Assembly: GCA_913056145.1 (NCBI GenBank) | Contig: CAJXMI010000001.1 | Span: 813 to 64,812, forward strand | Reading direction: 5' to 3' | DNA length: 64,000 nucleotides | DNA from: an uncultured Spiribacter sp. | GTDB taxonomy: Bacteria; Pseudomonadota; Gammaproteobacteria; Nitrococcales; Nitrococcaceae | Shown: piece after piece, positions 39,715 through 52,325 of the stretch | Numbering within the stretch: the first letter of the stretch is position 1 | How the letters are laid out: each line of letters starts with the position of its first letter | Made by a program: the position numbers and the translations under genes | The notes under the pieces: model-generated | Told to the model about the DNA's origin: nothing | Database searches by the model: none | Seen by the model: the letters and a program-made list of their open reading frames with translations, nothing else

Positions 39715-40190
39715 GGGCGGCCCCTGTCGAAGGCAGCGAGCGCGCGCCCACGCCCGGACAGCGCCGCCACCGCCGCCGGCACCAGTGCGGCAACCGGTCG
39801 CTCGGGAGCCAGCGCCAGACGGGGCAGGGGAATACCCAGGAGGTCTTCCGTGGCCCAGCTCCCGTGGATATCGGGGGTGTCGTCGCGCTCCGCGGCAAGG
39901 TCGATCAGCAGCTCGACACGGGCCTCGGTGCTCACGGCGTCCGCGCCGTAGCAGAGCATTGGGTCGATCAGGCCCGGGCCGCGCAGGTACACAAGGCCCT
40001 GACCGATGGCCGGTGCCGTTCCCATCAGCGTTGCCCCCTGGCGCTGCAGTATGACGCCGTCATCGGCCACCAGGGCGTGGCCTGCGGCAATCAACGCCAG
40101 GGCCGTGTCACTTTTGCCGCTGCCGGCCGGCCCCCGCAGCAGGACGCCCGACCCGGCCACCCGGACCAGCGTGCCGTGAACCTGCCTCAT
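39705..40190 (-). CDS. hprK: HPr kinase/phosphorylase-like protein, catalytic domain only
   Basis: HGTLV, G.AGSGKS Walker A, LVADD; only 161 aa. Confidence 0.75.
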   Translation of the reverse strand: MRQVHGTLVRVAGSGVLLRGPAGSGKSDTALALIAAGHALVADDGVILQRQGATLMGTAPAIGQGLVYLRGPGLIDPMLCYGADAVSTEARVELLIDLAAERDDTPDIHGSWATEDLLGIPLPRLALAPERPVAALVPAAVAALSGRGRALAAFDRGRPCA

Positions 40191-40657
40191 GACCCGTCGC
40201 TGGCGGGTGACCAGCCGGTGAAAGTCTGAAACAGGTCGGCGTCACCGCCGCAGTCGCGCAGACGGTTGCACAGGGCCTGGTCGCGAAACATCTCGGCAAG
40301 CCGCGAGAGGATGCGCAAATGCTCGTCATTGCTGTGCTCGGGGACCAGCAGGGCAAATAGGAGGTCGACCGGCTGGCCGTCGGCCGCATCAAAGTCGATG
40401 GCGGTCTCGAGCCTCAGCAGGGCGGCCCTGGGCTGATCGATGTCGGCACTGCGACTGTGGGGCAGGGCAACGCCACGGCCAAGGCCGGTGCTGCCCAGCC
40501 GCTCGCGCAGCGTCAGCCCCTCGAAGACAGCCTTCGCAACCTCGCTGTCCTGATCGGCAGCGAGTAGCTCCCCGAGCAGCTGGAGCGCACGTTTCTTGCT
40601 GGTCACGCGGGTGCCGCAGCGCGTTTGCTCCAGGCTGAGCAGGTTGCCCACCTCCAT
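40187..40657 (-). CDS. ptsN: PTS EIIA-Ntr
   Basis: SKKRAL, RERLGSTGLG.GVALPH. Confidence 0.93.
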   Translation of the reverse strand: MEVGNLLSLEQTRCGTRVTSKKRALQLLGELLAADQDSEVAKAVFEGLTLRERLGSTGLGRGVALPHSRSADIDQPRAALLRLETAIDFDAADGQPVDLLFALLVPEHSNDEHLRILSRLAEMFRDQALCNRLRDCGGDADLFQTFTGWSPASDGS

Positions 40658-40662
40658 GTCGA

Positions 40663-40989
40663 TTAGGGCTCCAGGGTGGGGCCAACCCGCCCCTCGGCCT
40701 GGTGATGATCGCTGCGCTTTTCCTTGTGCTTGACGATCTGTCGGTCGAGCCGGTCAATCAAACGGTCGATGGCCGCGTACATTTCGTCCTCGATGGCCTC
40801 GGCAAACAGCCGGGCACCACTGACGGCGAGCGTGGCCTCGGCCCGGCGCTCCTTTTTCTCGACGGTGAGGATAACGTGGACGTCGACAACATTATCGAAG
40901 TGGCGCTCCAGCCGCTGGAACTTCTCATCGACATAGTCGCGCAGTGCGTCGGTGACATCGACGTGATGGCCGGTGATATCAATCTTCAT
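40663..40989 (-). CDS. hpf: Ribosome hibernation promoting factor
   Basis: ITGHHVDVT.ALRDYV, MYAAID. Confidence 0.93.
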   Translation of the reverse strand: MKIDITGHHVDVTDALRDYVDEKFQRLERHFDNVVDVHVILTVEKKERRAEATLAVSGARLFAEAIEDEMYAAIDRLIDRLDRQIVKHKEKRSDHHQAEGRVGPTLEP

Positions 40990-41008
40990 GTCTGCTCCTT
41001 GTTGGCGT

Positions 41009-42499
41009 TCAGGCAAGCCGTTTACGGTCTGTGGAAGAGGCGATTCCCATCACCTCACGATACTTGGCCACGGTGCGCCGGGCCACATTAATCCCCTCTT
41101 CGCGCAGCGCATCGGCCAGCCGGGCATCGCTGAGCGGGCGCGCCGGGTCCTCGGCGGCCACCAGACGGCGGATGCGGGCCCGAATGGCCGTTGCCGAGCA
41201 CTCGCCGCCGTCGACTGTCTGGACATGGCTCGAGAAGAAGTACTTGAACTCGTGCGTGCCCTGGGGGGTGTGCATGTATTTGTGGCTGGTGATTCGCGAC
41301 ACCGTGGACTCGTGCATGTCGATGGCTTCCGCAACCTCGCGGAGCACCAGCGGTTGCATGGCTTCCTCGCCATGCTCCAGAAACGCCTGTTGGCGCTCTA
41401 CGATGCACTCGGCCACCTTCTGCAGCGTCTCGCTGCGCGAGCGCAGACTCTTGATCAGCCAGCGCGCCTCCTGCAGGTGCTGGCGCATCAGGCTGTTGTC
41501 GGCGCTGCTGTCGCCCCGGCGAATGAGTCCGGCATAGTAATCGTTGACCCGCAGCCGGGGCAGGGCATCGGGATTGATTTCCACGCTCCAGTGCCCGTTC
41601 ATCCGCCTTACGCTGCAGTCGGGGATGATGTACTCGGTGCGCGTCGCACCAAATGCCGATCCCGGATGGGGATCGAGTGACTGGATGAGGTGCAGGGCCC
41701 CCTCCAACGCGCTCTGCCCGACACCCAGTTGCCGGCGCAGCCGGGCATGGTCGCCCTGGCCCAGCTGCTCCAGGTGGCCCTCGATCAGGGTGCTGGCGAG
41801 GTCGCGATGCGGGGTGTCGGGGGCGAGTGCGGCGATCTGAATGGCAAGCGCCTCACGGGCGTCGATCGCACCCACACCTATCGGGTCGAGATGTTGTATG
41901 AACGCAAGCACCGCACGCAGATCGTCGGACTCGGCCTCGAGGTCGGCGGGCAGGGCGGTGAGCAGGCTCGCCGGCGGCTCGGACAGCCGGCCATTGTCGC
42001 CGATCGCATCAATCAGCACCTCGGCGATGCGCTGGTCACGCTCGCTGAGTGCGCTGAGCTCCACCTGCCAGAGGAGGTGCTCCTGCAGAGTGGCTTCGGC
42101 CCCGGCCCGGTTTTCAAATGGATCGATGCTGCGCTCCCCCCCGGGCGCGCTGAGGCTGGCGGTGCCGGCAGCAACATCCTCCCAGCGCTCGTCTCCGGGG
42201 ATGGACTCGCCCAGATGGCTTGCATCGGGCGCATCGCTGCCCAGGGTGGCCTCGGACGGATCGCGGGCCGCCATGCCGTCGGCGCTGGCATCGGACGTGG
42301 CGCCCTCCGCCTGATCGCCCAGCGGGTCATCGGCCAGGTCGGTGTCATCCTCGGCCTCGAGCATGAGGTTGGATTCGAGCGCCTCGCGAATCTCGAGCGT
42401 CAGTTCCGCGGCCGGAAGCTGCAGCAGCCGGATTGCCTGCTGCAGTTGCGGGGTCATCGCGAGTTGCTGGCCAAGCTTGAGCTGGAGGGTCTGCTTCAT
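41009..42499 (-). CDS. rpoN: RNA polymerase sigma-54 factor
   Basis: MTPQLQQAIRLLQL, HESTVSR, RpoN box ARRTVAKYRE. Confidence 0.97.
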   Translation of the reverse strand: MKQTLQLKLGQQLAMTPQLQQAIRLLQLPAAELTLEIREALESNLMLEAEDDTDLADDPLGDQAEGATSDASADGMAARDPSEATLGSDAPDASHLGESIPGDERWEDVAAGTASLSAPGGERSIDPFENRAGAEATLQEHLLWQVELSALSERDQRIAEVLIDAIGDNGRLSEPPASLLTALPADLEAESDDLRAVLAFIQHLDPIGVGAIDAREALAIQIAALAPDTPHRDLASTLIEGHLEQLGQGDHARLRRQLGVGQSALEGALHLIQSLDPHPGSAFGATRTEYIIPDCSVRRMNGHWSVEINPDALPRLRVNDYYAGLIRRGDSSADNSLMRQHLQEARWLIKSLRSRSETLQKVAECIVERQQAFLEHGEEAMQPLVLREVAEAIDMHESTVSRITSHKYMHTPQGTHEFKYFFSSHVQTVDGGECSATAIRARIRRLVAAEDPARPLSDARLADALREEGINVARRTVAKYREVMGIASSTDRKRLA

Positions 42500-42545
42500 C
42501 GGCGTCCGTATCGTTTGTTACCCGCTCAGAGTAACGCTTTAGCGG

Positions 42546-43277
42546 CTAGAGGCGGAAGTCATCGCCCAGATAGACGGATCGCACCTGGGCATTGTCGAGG
42601 ATGGCCTCGGCGCCGCCTTCGGCAATCACCTGGCCGCTGTTCAGGATGCTGGCGCGATCCACCAGTCCCAGTGTCTCGCGGACGTTGTGATCGGTAATGA
42701 GAACGCCAATCCGGCGGGCGGCCAGATGGCGGACGATGGCCTTGATATCGGCAACCGAAATGGGGTCAACACCGGCAAAGGGCTCGTCCAGCAGGATAAA
42801 GCGGGGCTCGGCGGCCAGTGCGCGGGCGATCTCGACACGCCGTCGCTCGCCACCGGAGAGGCTGACCCCGGGCTGGTTACGCAAATGCATGATGCCAAAC
42901 TCATCCAGCAGCGCCAGCGCCTGCGAGTGCTGCTCGTCGGGGTCCAGGTCAGCGCGGGTTTCGAGCACGGCGAGCAGGTTGTCGATCACGGACAGACGCC
43001 GAAACACCGACGCCTCCTGCGGTAGATAGCCGATCCCGCGGCGGGCGCGAACATGCATCGGCTCGCGCGTGATGTCGTGGCCATCCAGCTGGATGCGGCC
43101 CGCATCCGGGGCGATCAGCCCCACGATAATGTAGAACGTGGTGGTTTTGCCGGCCCCGTTGGGTCCGAGCAGGCCAACGATTTCGCCACTGGCGAGCGAA
43201 ACCGAGACATCGTCCACCACGGCGCGGCCGCGATAGCGCTTGCGCAGGCCCGTGGCCCGAAGCTCGCTGGTGCTCAC
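42546..43277 (-). CDS. lptB: LPS export ABC ATPase LptB
   Basis: [32 protein letters not shown]. Confidence 0.96.
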   Translation of the reverse strand: MSTSELRATGLRKRYRGRAVVDDVSVSLASGEIVGLLGPNGAGKTTTFYIIVGLIAPDAGRIQLDGHDITREPMHVRARRGIGYLPQEASVFRRLSVIDNLLAVLETRADLDPDEQHSQALALLDEFGIMHLRNQPGVSLSGGERRRVEIARALAAEPRFILLDEPFAGVDPISVADIKAIVRHLAARRIGVLITDHNVRETLGLVDRASILNSGQVIAEGGAEAILDNAQVRSVYLGDDFRL

Positions 43278-43774
43278 TGCGCGCCTTCACCCTCGGGATA
43301 GACGGTGGCACTCACCCGCCCGTCATCGCCACCCTCGCCCTCGGCCACCGTGCGCGCCTCGGCGGGGTAGTGGGTGATGGTGGTCCCGCTGACCGTATTA
43401 TCGCCCTGCCACAGACGTCCCCCTTCGCGCAGAATCACGCGCTCCGGGCCGCTCGCGTAATAATCCATCCGCGGCGCCTCGGCCTGGCGCGGATCTGCCT
43501 CGGGCAGCGTCTGTTGCCAGGTGGCCGGTGTGCCCTCGACCTCAATGCGCTGTAGTTGACGCTCGGTGTCGGTGAAGACCCGCATGAGATCGCCGGTGAT
43601 GCGCATGTCCCCCCGCGTGAGCACCACATTGCCGCGATAGAGGCTGACGCCCTCGGCCTCGTTCACCTCGGCACTGTCGGCGCTGAGTGCGATGGGGCCG
43701 TCAGTCTGGGCCCAGGCCATGCCCGGGAGAAGCAGCAACGACAGCAGCCATGTCTTAGGAGTCGTCAAGCGCAT
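43274..43774 (-). CDS. lptA: LPS transport protein LptA
   Basis: Signal peptide, PIAL.AD, Y.GNV; between lptC and lptB. Confidence 0.88.
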   Translation of the reverse strand: MRLTTPKTWLLSLLLLPGMAWAQTDGPIALSADSAEVNEAEGVSLYRGNVVLTRGDMRITGDLMRVFTDTERQLQRIEVEGTPATWQQTLPEADPRQAEAPRMDYYASGPERVILREGGRLWQGDNTVSGTTITHYPAEARTVAEGEGGDDGRVSATVYPEGEGAQ

Positions 43775-44321
43775 ACCGGCCTCTTACTTGGTTGAGCAGT
43801 TCAATCCTTTCCTCGCGGAGCCAGGCCCTCGCGCCAATCGATTCGACCCGATAGTCGGGCCCGGTCAGCGTAACGGGGTCGTCGGTCCGGGCAAAGTGCT
43901 CGGGCAGCCGCATCTGCAGCGATGCGGTGACAAGGCGGGTGCGCCCTGCTGCTGTCTCGCGCTCCATGACAACATTGCCGGTCAGGTCGGCGCGGGTGGT
44001 GTCGGCCCATACCCGCCCGCGCTCGGCCCGGCCGTTCCACGGCGGCCCGGAGGAGGTATCGATCTGCCAGCGTGGTGCGGTCAGCAGCCAGGCGTCCATT
44101 GTCTCGTAGTACAGCGCCGTGTCGGCCTCGAGCTGCCAGCTCCGGCGGCCGTCGGCTGCGGTCGTGACCAGGGTCACCTGACGGGCATGGGCGCCAAGCT
44201 CCGGGCCCTGGGTTCTGGCGATGGGTGGCTGTTGCTCTTCATTGCCACTGCGGCCCATCAGCAAGCCCGCAACCACCAGGGCAAGGCCAAGGGCAAGCAA
44301 CCAGCGTCGAGCGTCCGGCAC
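43755..44321 (-). CDS. lptC: LPS export protein LptC
   Basis: Single N-terminal TM, L.GNV, T.DPV, VRGRY end; context. Confidence 0.85.
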   Translation of the reverse strand: MPDARRWLLALGLALVVAGLLMGRSGNEEQQPPIARTQGPELGAHARQVTLVTTAADGRRSWQLEADTALYYETMDAWLLTAPRWQIDTSSGPPWNGRAERGRVWADTTRADLTGNVVMERETAAGRTRLVTASLQMRLPEHFARTDDPVTLTGPDYRVESIGARAWLREERIELLNQVRGRYALDDS

Positions 44322-45295
44322 TAGAGCACCCCGGCCCGTAGCAGATCATGCATATTCAGCGCGCCTCGCAGACGGCCCTCGGTGTCGGTGACGAGCAGGG
44401 CATTGATGCTGTGGCGGTCCATCAAGGCGACGGCCTCGGCCGCAAGCTGTTGCTCGTTGATCGCGCGCGGGGCGGGGGTCATGACCCGGCGCACCGGCGT
44501 GGCGCGAAGGTCAACCGCCGCGTCGAGCGCCCGGCGCAGGTCGCCATCGGTAAAGATGCCAATGACCTGCCCTGCGTCATCCACGATGGCCGTCATGCCA
44601 AGGCCCTTGCGGGTCATCTCGAGCAGCGCCTCGGCCAGGGGGGTATCGGGCCCCACCCGGGGCACGGTGTCGCCGGTGTGCATGAGATCGGCAATATGCA
44701 GGAGCAGGCGCCGGCCAAGGCGTCCACCCGGGTGGGAGCGGGCGAAATCCTCGGCCGTAAAGCCACGCGCCTCAAGCAGGGCGATCGCGAGTGCATCACC
44801 CATGGCCAGGCTGGCGGTGGTGCTGGCCGTGGGGGCGAGGCCCAGCGGGCAGGCCTCCCGATCCACGGTGACGTCGAGATTGATACTGGCGCTGCGCGCC
44901 AGTGTGGATCGCGGGTTGCCGGTAATGGCGATCAGCGCCAGTCCCCGACGCTTGATGAGCGGTAGCAGCTGATTGATTTCATCGGTCTCGCCCGAATTGG
45001 ACAAGGCGATTACCGCATCCTCATCGGTAATCATGCCCAGATCGCCATGGCTTGCCTCGCCCGGATGGACAAAAAAGGCGGGCGTGCCCGTGCTGGCCAG
45101 GGTGGCCGCCAGTTTGCTCCCGACATGCCCGGATTTGCCCATGCCGGTTACAACCACCCGGCCGGTGGCGCCAAGAATGATCCGGCAGGCGGCCGCGAAA
45201 TCGGCATTGATGCGCGGCAGCAGGCCACGGATTGCATCCGCCTCGGTCTCGAGGACCGCCCGGCCCAGTTGGCAGAAGTCGTCGTCAGTGGTCAT
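44321..45295 (-). CDS. kdsD: Arabinose-5-phosphate isomerase
   Basis: GMGKSGH, HPGEASHGDLG, CPLGLAPT, CBS pair. Confidence 0.95.
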   Translation of the reverse strand: MTTDDDFCQLGRAVLETEADAIRGLLPRINADFAAACRIILGATGRVVVTGMGKSGHVGSKLAATLASTGTPAFFVHPGEASHGDLGMITDEDAVIALSNSGETDEINQLLPLIKRRGLALIAITGNPRSTLARSASINLDVTVDREACPLGLAPTASTTASLAMGDALAIALLEARGFTAEDFARSHPGGRLGRRLLLHIADLMHTGDTVPRVGPDTPLAEALLEMTRKGLGMTAIVDDAGQVIGIFTDGDLRRALDAAVDLRATPVRRVMTPAPRAINEQQLAAEAVALMDRHSINALLVTDTEGRLRGALNMHDLLRAGVL

Positions 45296-45318
45296 GATGG
45301 TCGTCCGTCACTCCCAGG

Positions 45319-46293
45319 TCAGTGTCCGGTCCAGAACAGCATTATCTGATAGCTGCCGTATCCCGCCAGTAGCAGGGCCGCGCTCAGGCGTCCGCAGCGC
45401 CCGCGGCGGCCCACCACGAAGCCGGCGCCGATCAGGGCCAGCATAAAGGCCGTCATGACCGCATAGTCGCGGATCAGGTCGGGCCCGTTGGCCGTGAACG
45501 GAGCCAGCACAGCCGCGATCCCCAGCACCGCCAGCAGGTTGAAGAGATTCGACCCGATGATATTGCCGATAACAAGCCCATGGTCACCCCGCCGGACACT
45601 GGCAGTCGCTGCCGCCAGCTCGGGCAGACTGGTGCCAACGGCGACGATGCTGAGGCCGATGACCAGCTCGCTTACGCCAAGCAGGCGCGCGATCTCGGTC
45701 GCGCTCCAGACCAGCAGGTGCGAGCTGCCGAGCAGCACGGCCAGTCCCACGATCAGCGCCACGATCGCGCGGCTGATGGGCATGGGCGACGGGAGCGATT
45801 CATCGATTTCTTGCGTGAGGGTCCTCGCATGCGCATCGCCGCGTCGGGCCTCGCGGGCCATCCAGGCCAGCACGGCCACCATCCCACCCAGCAACAGCAG
45901 CCCATCGGCGCGCGACAGTGCGGCGTCGGCCAGCAGCAGTCCGGTGCCAACCACCACCAGCATCAGCACGGGGAACTCCCGGCGCAGCAGCTGCGGATCC
46001 ATGAAAACCGGGGTGACCATTGCCGTAAGCCCCAGGATGAGCCCCACATTGGCGATGTTGGATCCCAGCGCGTTGCCCAGCGCGATCTCGGGGGTGCCTT
46101 CGAGCGCCGCGATGCCCGATACGAGCATTTCGGGCAGCGATGTGCCGATGCCAATGACGGTAAGCCCCACCAGCAATGTCGGGAGCCCGAAGTGGGTGGC
46201 CGTCGCCGATGCGCCGGCCACGAAGCGATCCGCGCTCCAGGCAAGGGCGGTAAACCCGGCTACCAGAGCCGCGACGAGCAGCAGGGTGTTCAT
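45319..46293 (-). CDS. yrbG: Ca2+/Na+ antiporter family protein
   Basis: Two GTSLPE and GSN alpha-repeats. Confidence 0.9.
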   Translation of the reverse strand: MNTLLLVAALVAGFTALAWSADRFVAGASATATHFGLPTLLVGLTVIGIGTSLPEMLVSGIAALEGTPEIALGNALGSNIANVGLILGLTAMVTPVFMDPQLLRREFPVLMLVVVGTGLLLADAALSRADGLLLLGGMVAVLAWMAREARRGDAHARTLTQEIDESLPSPMPISRAIVALIVGLAVLLGSSHLLVWSATEIARLLGVSELVIGLSIVAVGTSLPELAAATASVRRGDHGLVIGNIIGSNLFNLLAVLGIAAVLAPFTANGPDLIRDYAVMTAFMLALIGAGFVVGRRGRCGRLSAALLLAGYGSYQIMLFWTGH

Positions 46294-46409
46294 GGTGATC
46301 ATCCACCGGTCAGCAGTGCCGTGCTGCACCATACCCCATTTGACCCGTCCCATGCCTTGATCGATACTCCAGCGCACCCTTTCAAGGATACGGCGGCACT
46401 GCTCAGTTC

Positions 46410-47240
46410 ATGGCCGATCTCAGCCCCATTGATAGCGAGGATGTCGTGATCGACATCCGCAACCTGGTCTTTGCCCGCGGCGGACGACGGCTCTTTGACG
46501 GCGTCGACGTTAGCGTGCGCCGCGGCGAGGTCGTGGCCATCATGGGGCCGAGTGGTACCGGCAAGACCACGTTGCTGCGACTGATCGGCGGTCAGCTGCG
46601 GGCCGCGGGTGGGCAGGTCGACGTGGCCGGTGAGCCCGTGGGGTCATTGTCGCGCAGGGCCCTGTACCGGTTGCGGCGGCGCATGGGTGTGCTCTTCCAG
46701 AGCGGGGCGTTGTTCACCGATCTCACCTGCTATGAAAATGTCGCCTTTCCGCTGCGCGAACATACCGAGCTGCCGGAGGCCATCATTCGCCATGTGGTGC
46801 TCATGAAGCTCGAGGCGGTGGGGCTGCGCGGTGCGCGGGATCTGTATCCGGCGGAATTGTCGGGCGGCATGGCACGGCGCGTGTCACTGGCGCGGGCGCT
46901 TGCGCTCGACCCGGAAATCATCCTCTATGACGAGCCCTTTGCCGGACAGGACCCCATTTCGATGGGGGCGTTGATGCAGTTGATTCGCCAGCTCAATGAC
47001 GCACTCGGTCTGACCAGCGTTGTGGTGTCGCACGATGTGGACGAGGCACTCAGCATTGCCGATCGGGCCTATGTTATCTCGGGGGGGCGGGTGATCGCCG
47101 CCGGCACGCCGGCCGAGCTGCGTGCCAGTGATTCGGACTGGGTCCGGCAGTTTCTCAACGCGCTGCCGGATGGCCCGGTCCCATTCCACTATCCGGCGGC
47201 GGCCATGGCCGACGACCTGCGCGCGGGTCCAAAGCCGTGA
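46410..47240 (+). CDS. mlaF: Mla ABC ATPase
   Basis: [31 protein letters not shown]. Confidence 0.93.
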   Translation: MADLSPIDSEDVVIDIRNLVFARGGRRLFDGVDVSVRRGEVVAIMGPSGTGKTTLLRLIGGQLRAAGGQVDVAGEPVGSLSRRALYRLRRRMGVLFQSGALFTDLTCYENVAFPLREHTELPEAIIRHVVLMKLEAVGLRGARDLYPAELSGGMARRVSLARALALDPEIILYDEPFAGQDPISMGALMQLIRQLNDALGLTSVVVSHDVDEALSIADRAYVISGGRVIAAGTPAELRASDSDWVRQFLNALPDGPVPFHYPAAAMADDLRAGPKP

Positions 47241-48013
47241 CCGCCTGGCTGCAGACACTCGGCGCGAGCACGCTGGCGTCGCTTGCCACGCTGGGGCGCT
47301 CGGTGCAGTTCCTCGTGCGTGTGGCCGGGGGGCTCGATGAATTGGCCCGCCGCCCTTCGCTGCTGGTACAGCAGATGCATGCCGTGGGCGTGCTCACGCT
47401 CGTGATCATCATGGTCTCGGGGGTGTTCGTGGGGATGGTGCTGGCGCTGCAGGGCTACTACACCCTGGTCGACTTTGGTGCCGAGCAGTCGCTCGGGGTC
47501 CTGGTGGCGTTGTCCCTCACGCGCGAGCTGGGCCCCGTGGTGACCGCGCTGCTATTTGCAGGCCGTGCCGGCTCTTCGCTGACCGCCGAAATCGGGCTCA
47601 TGAAAGCCACCGAACAGCTGGCCGGCATGGAGATGATGGCGGTCGACCCGGAGCGGCGGGTCATCGCGCCGCGCCTCCTTGCCGCGCTGCTCTCGCTGCC
47701 CCTGCTTGCGGCGATTTTTACGCTGCTGGGCATCCTGGGCGCCTATCTGGTGGGGACCGCGATGCTTGGCATCGACGGTGGCTCGTTCTGGTCGCAGATG
47801 CAGGCCCAGGTCAGTTTTGCGGACGATATCCTGAACGGGATGATCAAGAGCGTTCTGTTCGGCCTGGTGGCCGGCTGGATCGCGGTGTTCAATGGCTATG
47901 ACTGCATGCCGACATCGCACGGGGTGAGTCGGGCCACGACGCGGACGGTCGTGATGACCTCGCTCGTGGTGCTGGGGCTCGATTTCGTGCTGACGGCACT
48001 CATGTTTGACTGA
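47237..48013 (+). CDS. mlaE: Mla permease
   Basis: [29 protein letters not shown]. Confidence 0.95.
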   Translation: MTAWLQTLGASTLASLATLGRSVQFLVRVAGGLDELARRPSLLVQQMHAVGVLTLVIIMVSGVFVGMVLALQGYYTLVDFGAEQSLGVLVALSLTRELGPVVTALLFAGRAGSSLTAEIGLMKATEQLAGMEMMAVDPERRVIAPRLLAALLSLPLLAAIFTLLGILGAYLVGTAMLGIDGGSFWSQMQAQVSFADDILNGMIKSVLFGLVAGWIAVFNGYDCMPTSHGVSRATTRTVVMTSLVVLGLDFVLTALMFD

Positions 48014-48028
48014 CGGAGGAAGCGCCTC

Positions 48029-48502
48029 GTGAACAACCCGCGCAGTATCGAGATGGCCGTCGGGGCCTTTGTAGCGGCAGGGCTGGCGGCGCTGTTCGTG
48101 CTGGCCATGCAGGTCAGTAACATCACCGCCTTTCAGCGCACCGAGGGCTACACCGTGGTGGGGTATTTCCAGAATGTGGGCGGATTGCGAGAGCGCGCGC
48201 CGGTGCGCCTGAGCGGCGTGCAGATTGGCCGCGTGAGCGCCATCAGGCTGGACCAGCAGCGCCTCGAGGCGCGTGTCGAGGTGACCATCGATGCCGCCTA
48301 TGACGACCTGCCCAGTGACACGGCCGCCAGCATCCGCACCTCCGGACTGCTCGGCGAGCAGTATGTGTCGCTCGAGCCCGGCGGGATGCCTGATGCACTG
48401 GGGCAGGGGGATGAGTTCATGCTGACCCAGTCGGCGCTGGTCCTGGAAGATATCGTGGGGCAGTTCCTCTACGAGCAGAGCGGGGGTGGCGGCAGTGACT
48501 GA
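48029..48502 (+). CDS. mlaD: Mla MCE protein
   Basis: GGL..APV..GV.IGRV, TSGLLGEQY, TQSALVLE. Confidence 0.95.
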   Translation: MNNPRSIEMAVGAFVAAGLAALFVLAMQVSNITAFQRTEGYTVVGYFQNVGGLRERAPVRLSGVQIGRVSAIRLDQQRLEARVEVTIDAAYDDLPSDTAASIRTSGLLGEQYVSLEPGGMPDALGQGDEFMLTQSALVLEDIVGQFLYEQSGGGGSD

Positions 48503-48532
48503 GGTGGCGCCACGTCCGCGCGGGGATCACGC

Positions 48533-48849
48533 ATGAGTCTGGCCACGCTCGCAAAGCAGGACGGAGCGGTATTCCGGATGGCGGGCGATCTTCAGGCAGC
48601 CGCCGTTCCCGCCCTGCTCAAGGCACTGCCAACCCCATCCGCCAGCGAGGTGGCGGTGGACCTCGCGGGCCTTGAGGCGGTGGACAGCGCCGGCCTTGGC
48701 CTGCTGGTGGAGTGGCGGGTCCGCCAAGCCGCCGCCGGAGGCCGGCTGCGGGTGATCGAGCCCCCGGAACGGCTTGTACGGCTCGCGCGCATCAGCGGGG
48801 TTGATAGACTGTTGGGGATGAACGACAACGAATCGGGGATGACAGAGCA

Positions 48850-48853
<4 letters not shown>
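48533..48853 (+). CDS. mlaB: Mla STAS protein
   Basis: VDLAGL..VDSAGLGLL. Confidence 0.88.
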
Positions 48854-51017
<2,164 letters not shown>

Positions 51018-51020
51018 ACC

Positions 51021-52325
51021 ATGCTGGATATCGAGCGACTCAGTACCACGCAGCCCGACTTTGAGGCACGGCTCAATGCCCTGACGGATTGGGATGACGG
51101 TGCGACCCATGGCGTGGAGTCGGCAGTGGCCGACATCCTGGCCCGCGTGCGCGCCGAGGGCGATGCCGCGCTCGTCGACTACACGCAGGTGCTTGACGGG
51201 CATACGGTAAGCCATGCGCGTGAGCTCGAAGTGCCGCCGGCACGCTGGCAGGCGGCGCTCGATGCGCTGCCCGCGGCCGATCGGGCCGCACTCGAGACCG
51301 CGGCGGAGCGCATTCGCGCCTATCATGAGCATCAGCGTCCATCGAGCTGGGAGTCCACCGAGGCCGACGGCACGCGCCTTGGCCAGCGCATCCGGCCGCT
51401 GGAGCGCGTGGGCGTGTATGTACCCGGTGGCAAGGCGGCCTATCCCTCATCGGTGCTCATGAACGCCATCCCGGCACGGGTGGCCGGCGTTGCCGAGATC
51501 ATCATGGTGGCACCGGCGCCGGGCGGAGAGGTCCTGCCCATGGTGCTGGCCGCCGCGGCGGTCGCGGGCGTCGACCGCTTGTTCCTCGTAGGGGGCGCCC
51601 AGGCCGTGGCAGCGCTCGCCTTCGGCACCGACACCGTGCCGGCCGTCGACAAGATCGTGGGGCCTGGCAATGCCTATGTGGCGGAGGCCAAACGCCGCGT
51701 CTACGGGCATGTGGGGATCGACATGGTGGCCGGCCCCTCCGAGATTCTGATCATCTGTGATGGCCAGACGGATCCCGAGTGGGTTGCCATGGATTTGTTT
51801 TCGCAGGCCGAGCATGACGAGGACGCCCGGGCGCTGCTGGTGTGCCCCGAGGCGCGCTACCTCGACGACGTCCAGGCGGCGATGGAGCGCCTGTTACCTG
51901 ACATGGAGCGCTCGGAGATCATTCGCGCCGCCCTGGCACGCCGCGGCGCGCTGATCTGCGTGCGCGATCTCAATGAAGCCGCCGATGTGGCCAACCGGAT
52001 TGCCCCTGAGCATCTGGAGCTCTCGGTGGTCGAGCCCGAGCGCCTGGCCGAGGCCATCGATCATGCCGGTGCCATTTTTCTGGGCCGCTACACCGCTGAG
52101 GCATTGGGCGATTACTGTGCCGGGCCCAGTCATGTGCTGCCCACTTCGCGGACGGCACGCTTTGCCTCGCCCCTGGGCGTCTACGACTTTTGCAAGTCCA
52201 CCAGCATTGTGTACTGCACTCCGAGTGGCGCGCGTAGCCTGGGTGAGACGGCGGTGCGGCTGGCCCGGGCCGAGGGCCTCACGGCGCACGCCCGCTCAGC
52301 GGCTTATCGGATCGAGGCCGATTGA
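51021..52325 (+). CDS. hisD: Histidinol dehydrogenase
   Basis: YVPGGKA, GPGNAYV, SQAEHD, APEHL. Confidence 0.96.
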   Translation: MLDIERLSTTQPDFEARLNALTDWDDGATHGVESAVADILARVRAEGDAALVDYTQVLDGHTVSHARELEVPPARWQAALDALPAADRAALETAAERIRAYHEHQRPSSWESTEADGTRLGQRIRPLERVGVYVPGGKAAYPSSVLMNAIPARVAGVAEIIMVAPAPGGEVLPMVLAAAAVAGVDRLFLVGGAQAVAALAFGTDTVPAVDKIVGPGNAYVAEAKRRVYGHVGIDMVAGPSEILIICDGQTDPEWVAMDLFSQAEHDEDARALLVCPEARYLDDVQAAMERLLPDMERSEIIRAALARRGALICVRDLNEAADVANRIAPEHLELSVVEPERLAEAIDHAGAIFLGRYTAEALGDYCAGPSHVLPTSRTARFASPLGVYDFCKSTSIVYCTPSGARSLGETAVRLARAEGLTAHARSAAYRIEAD

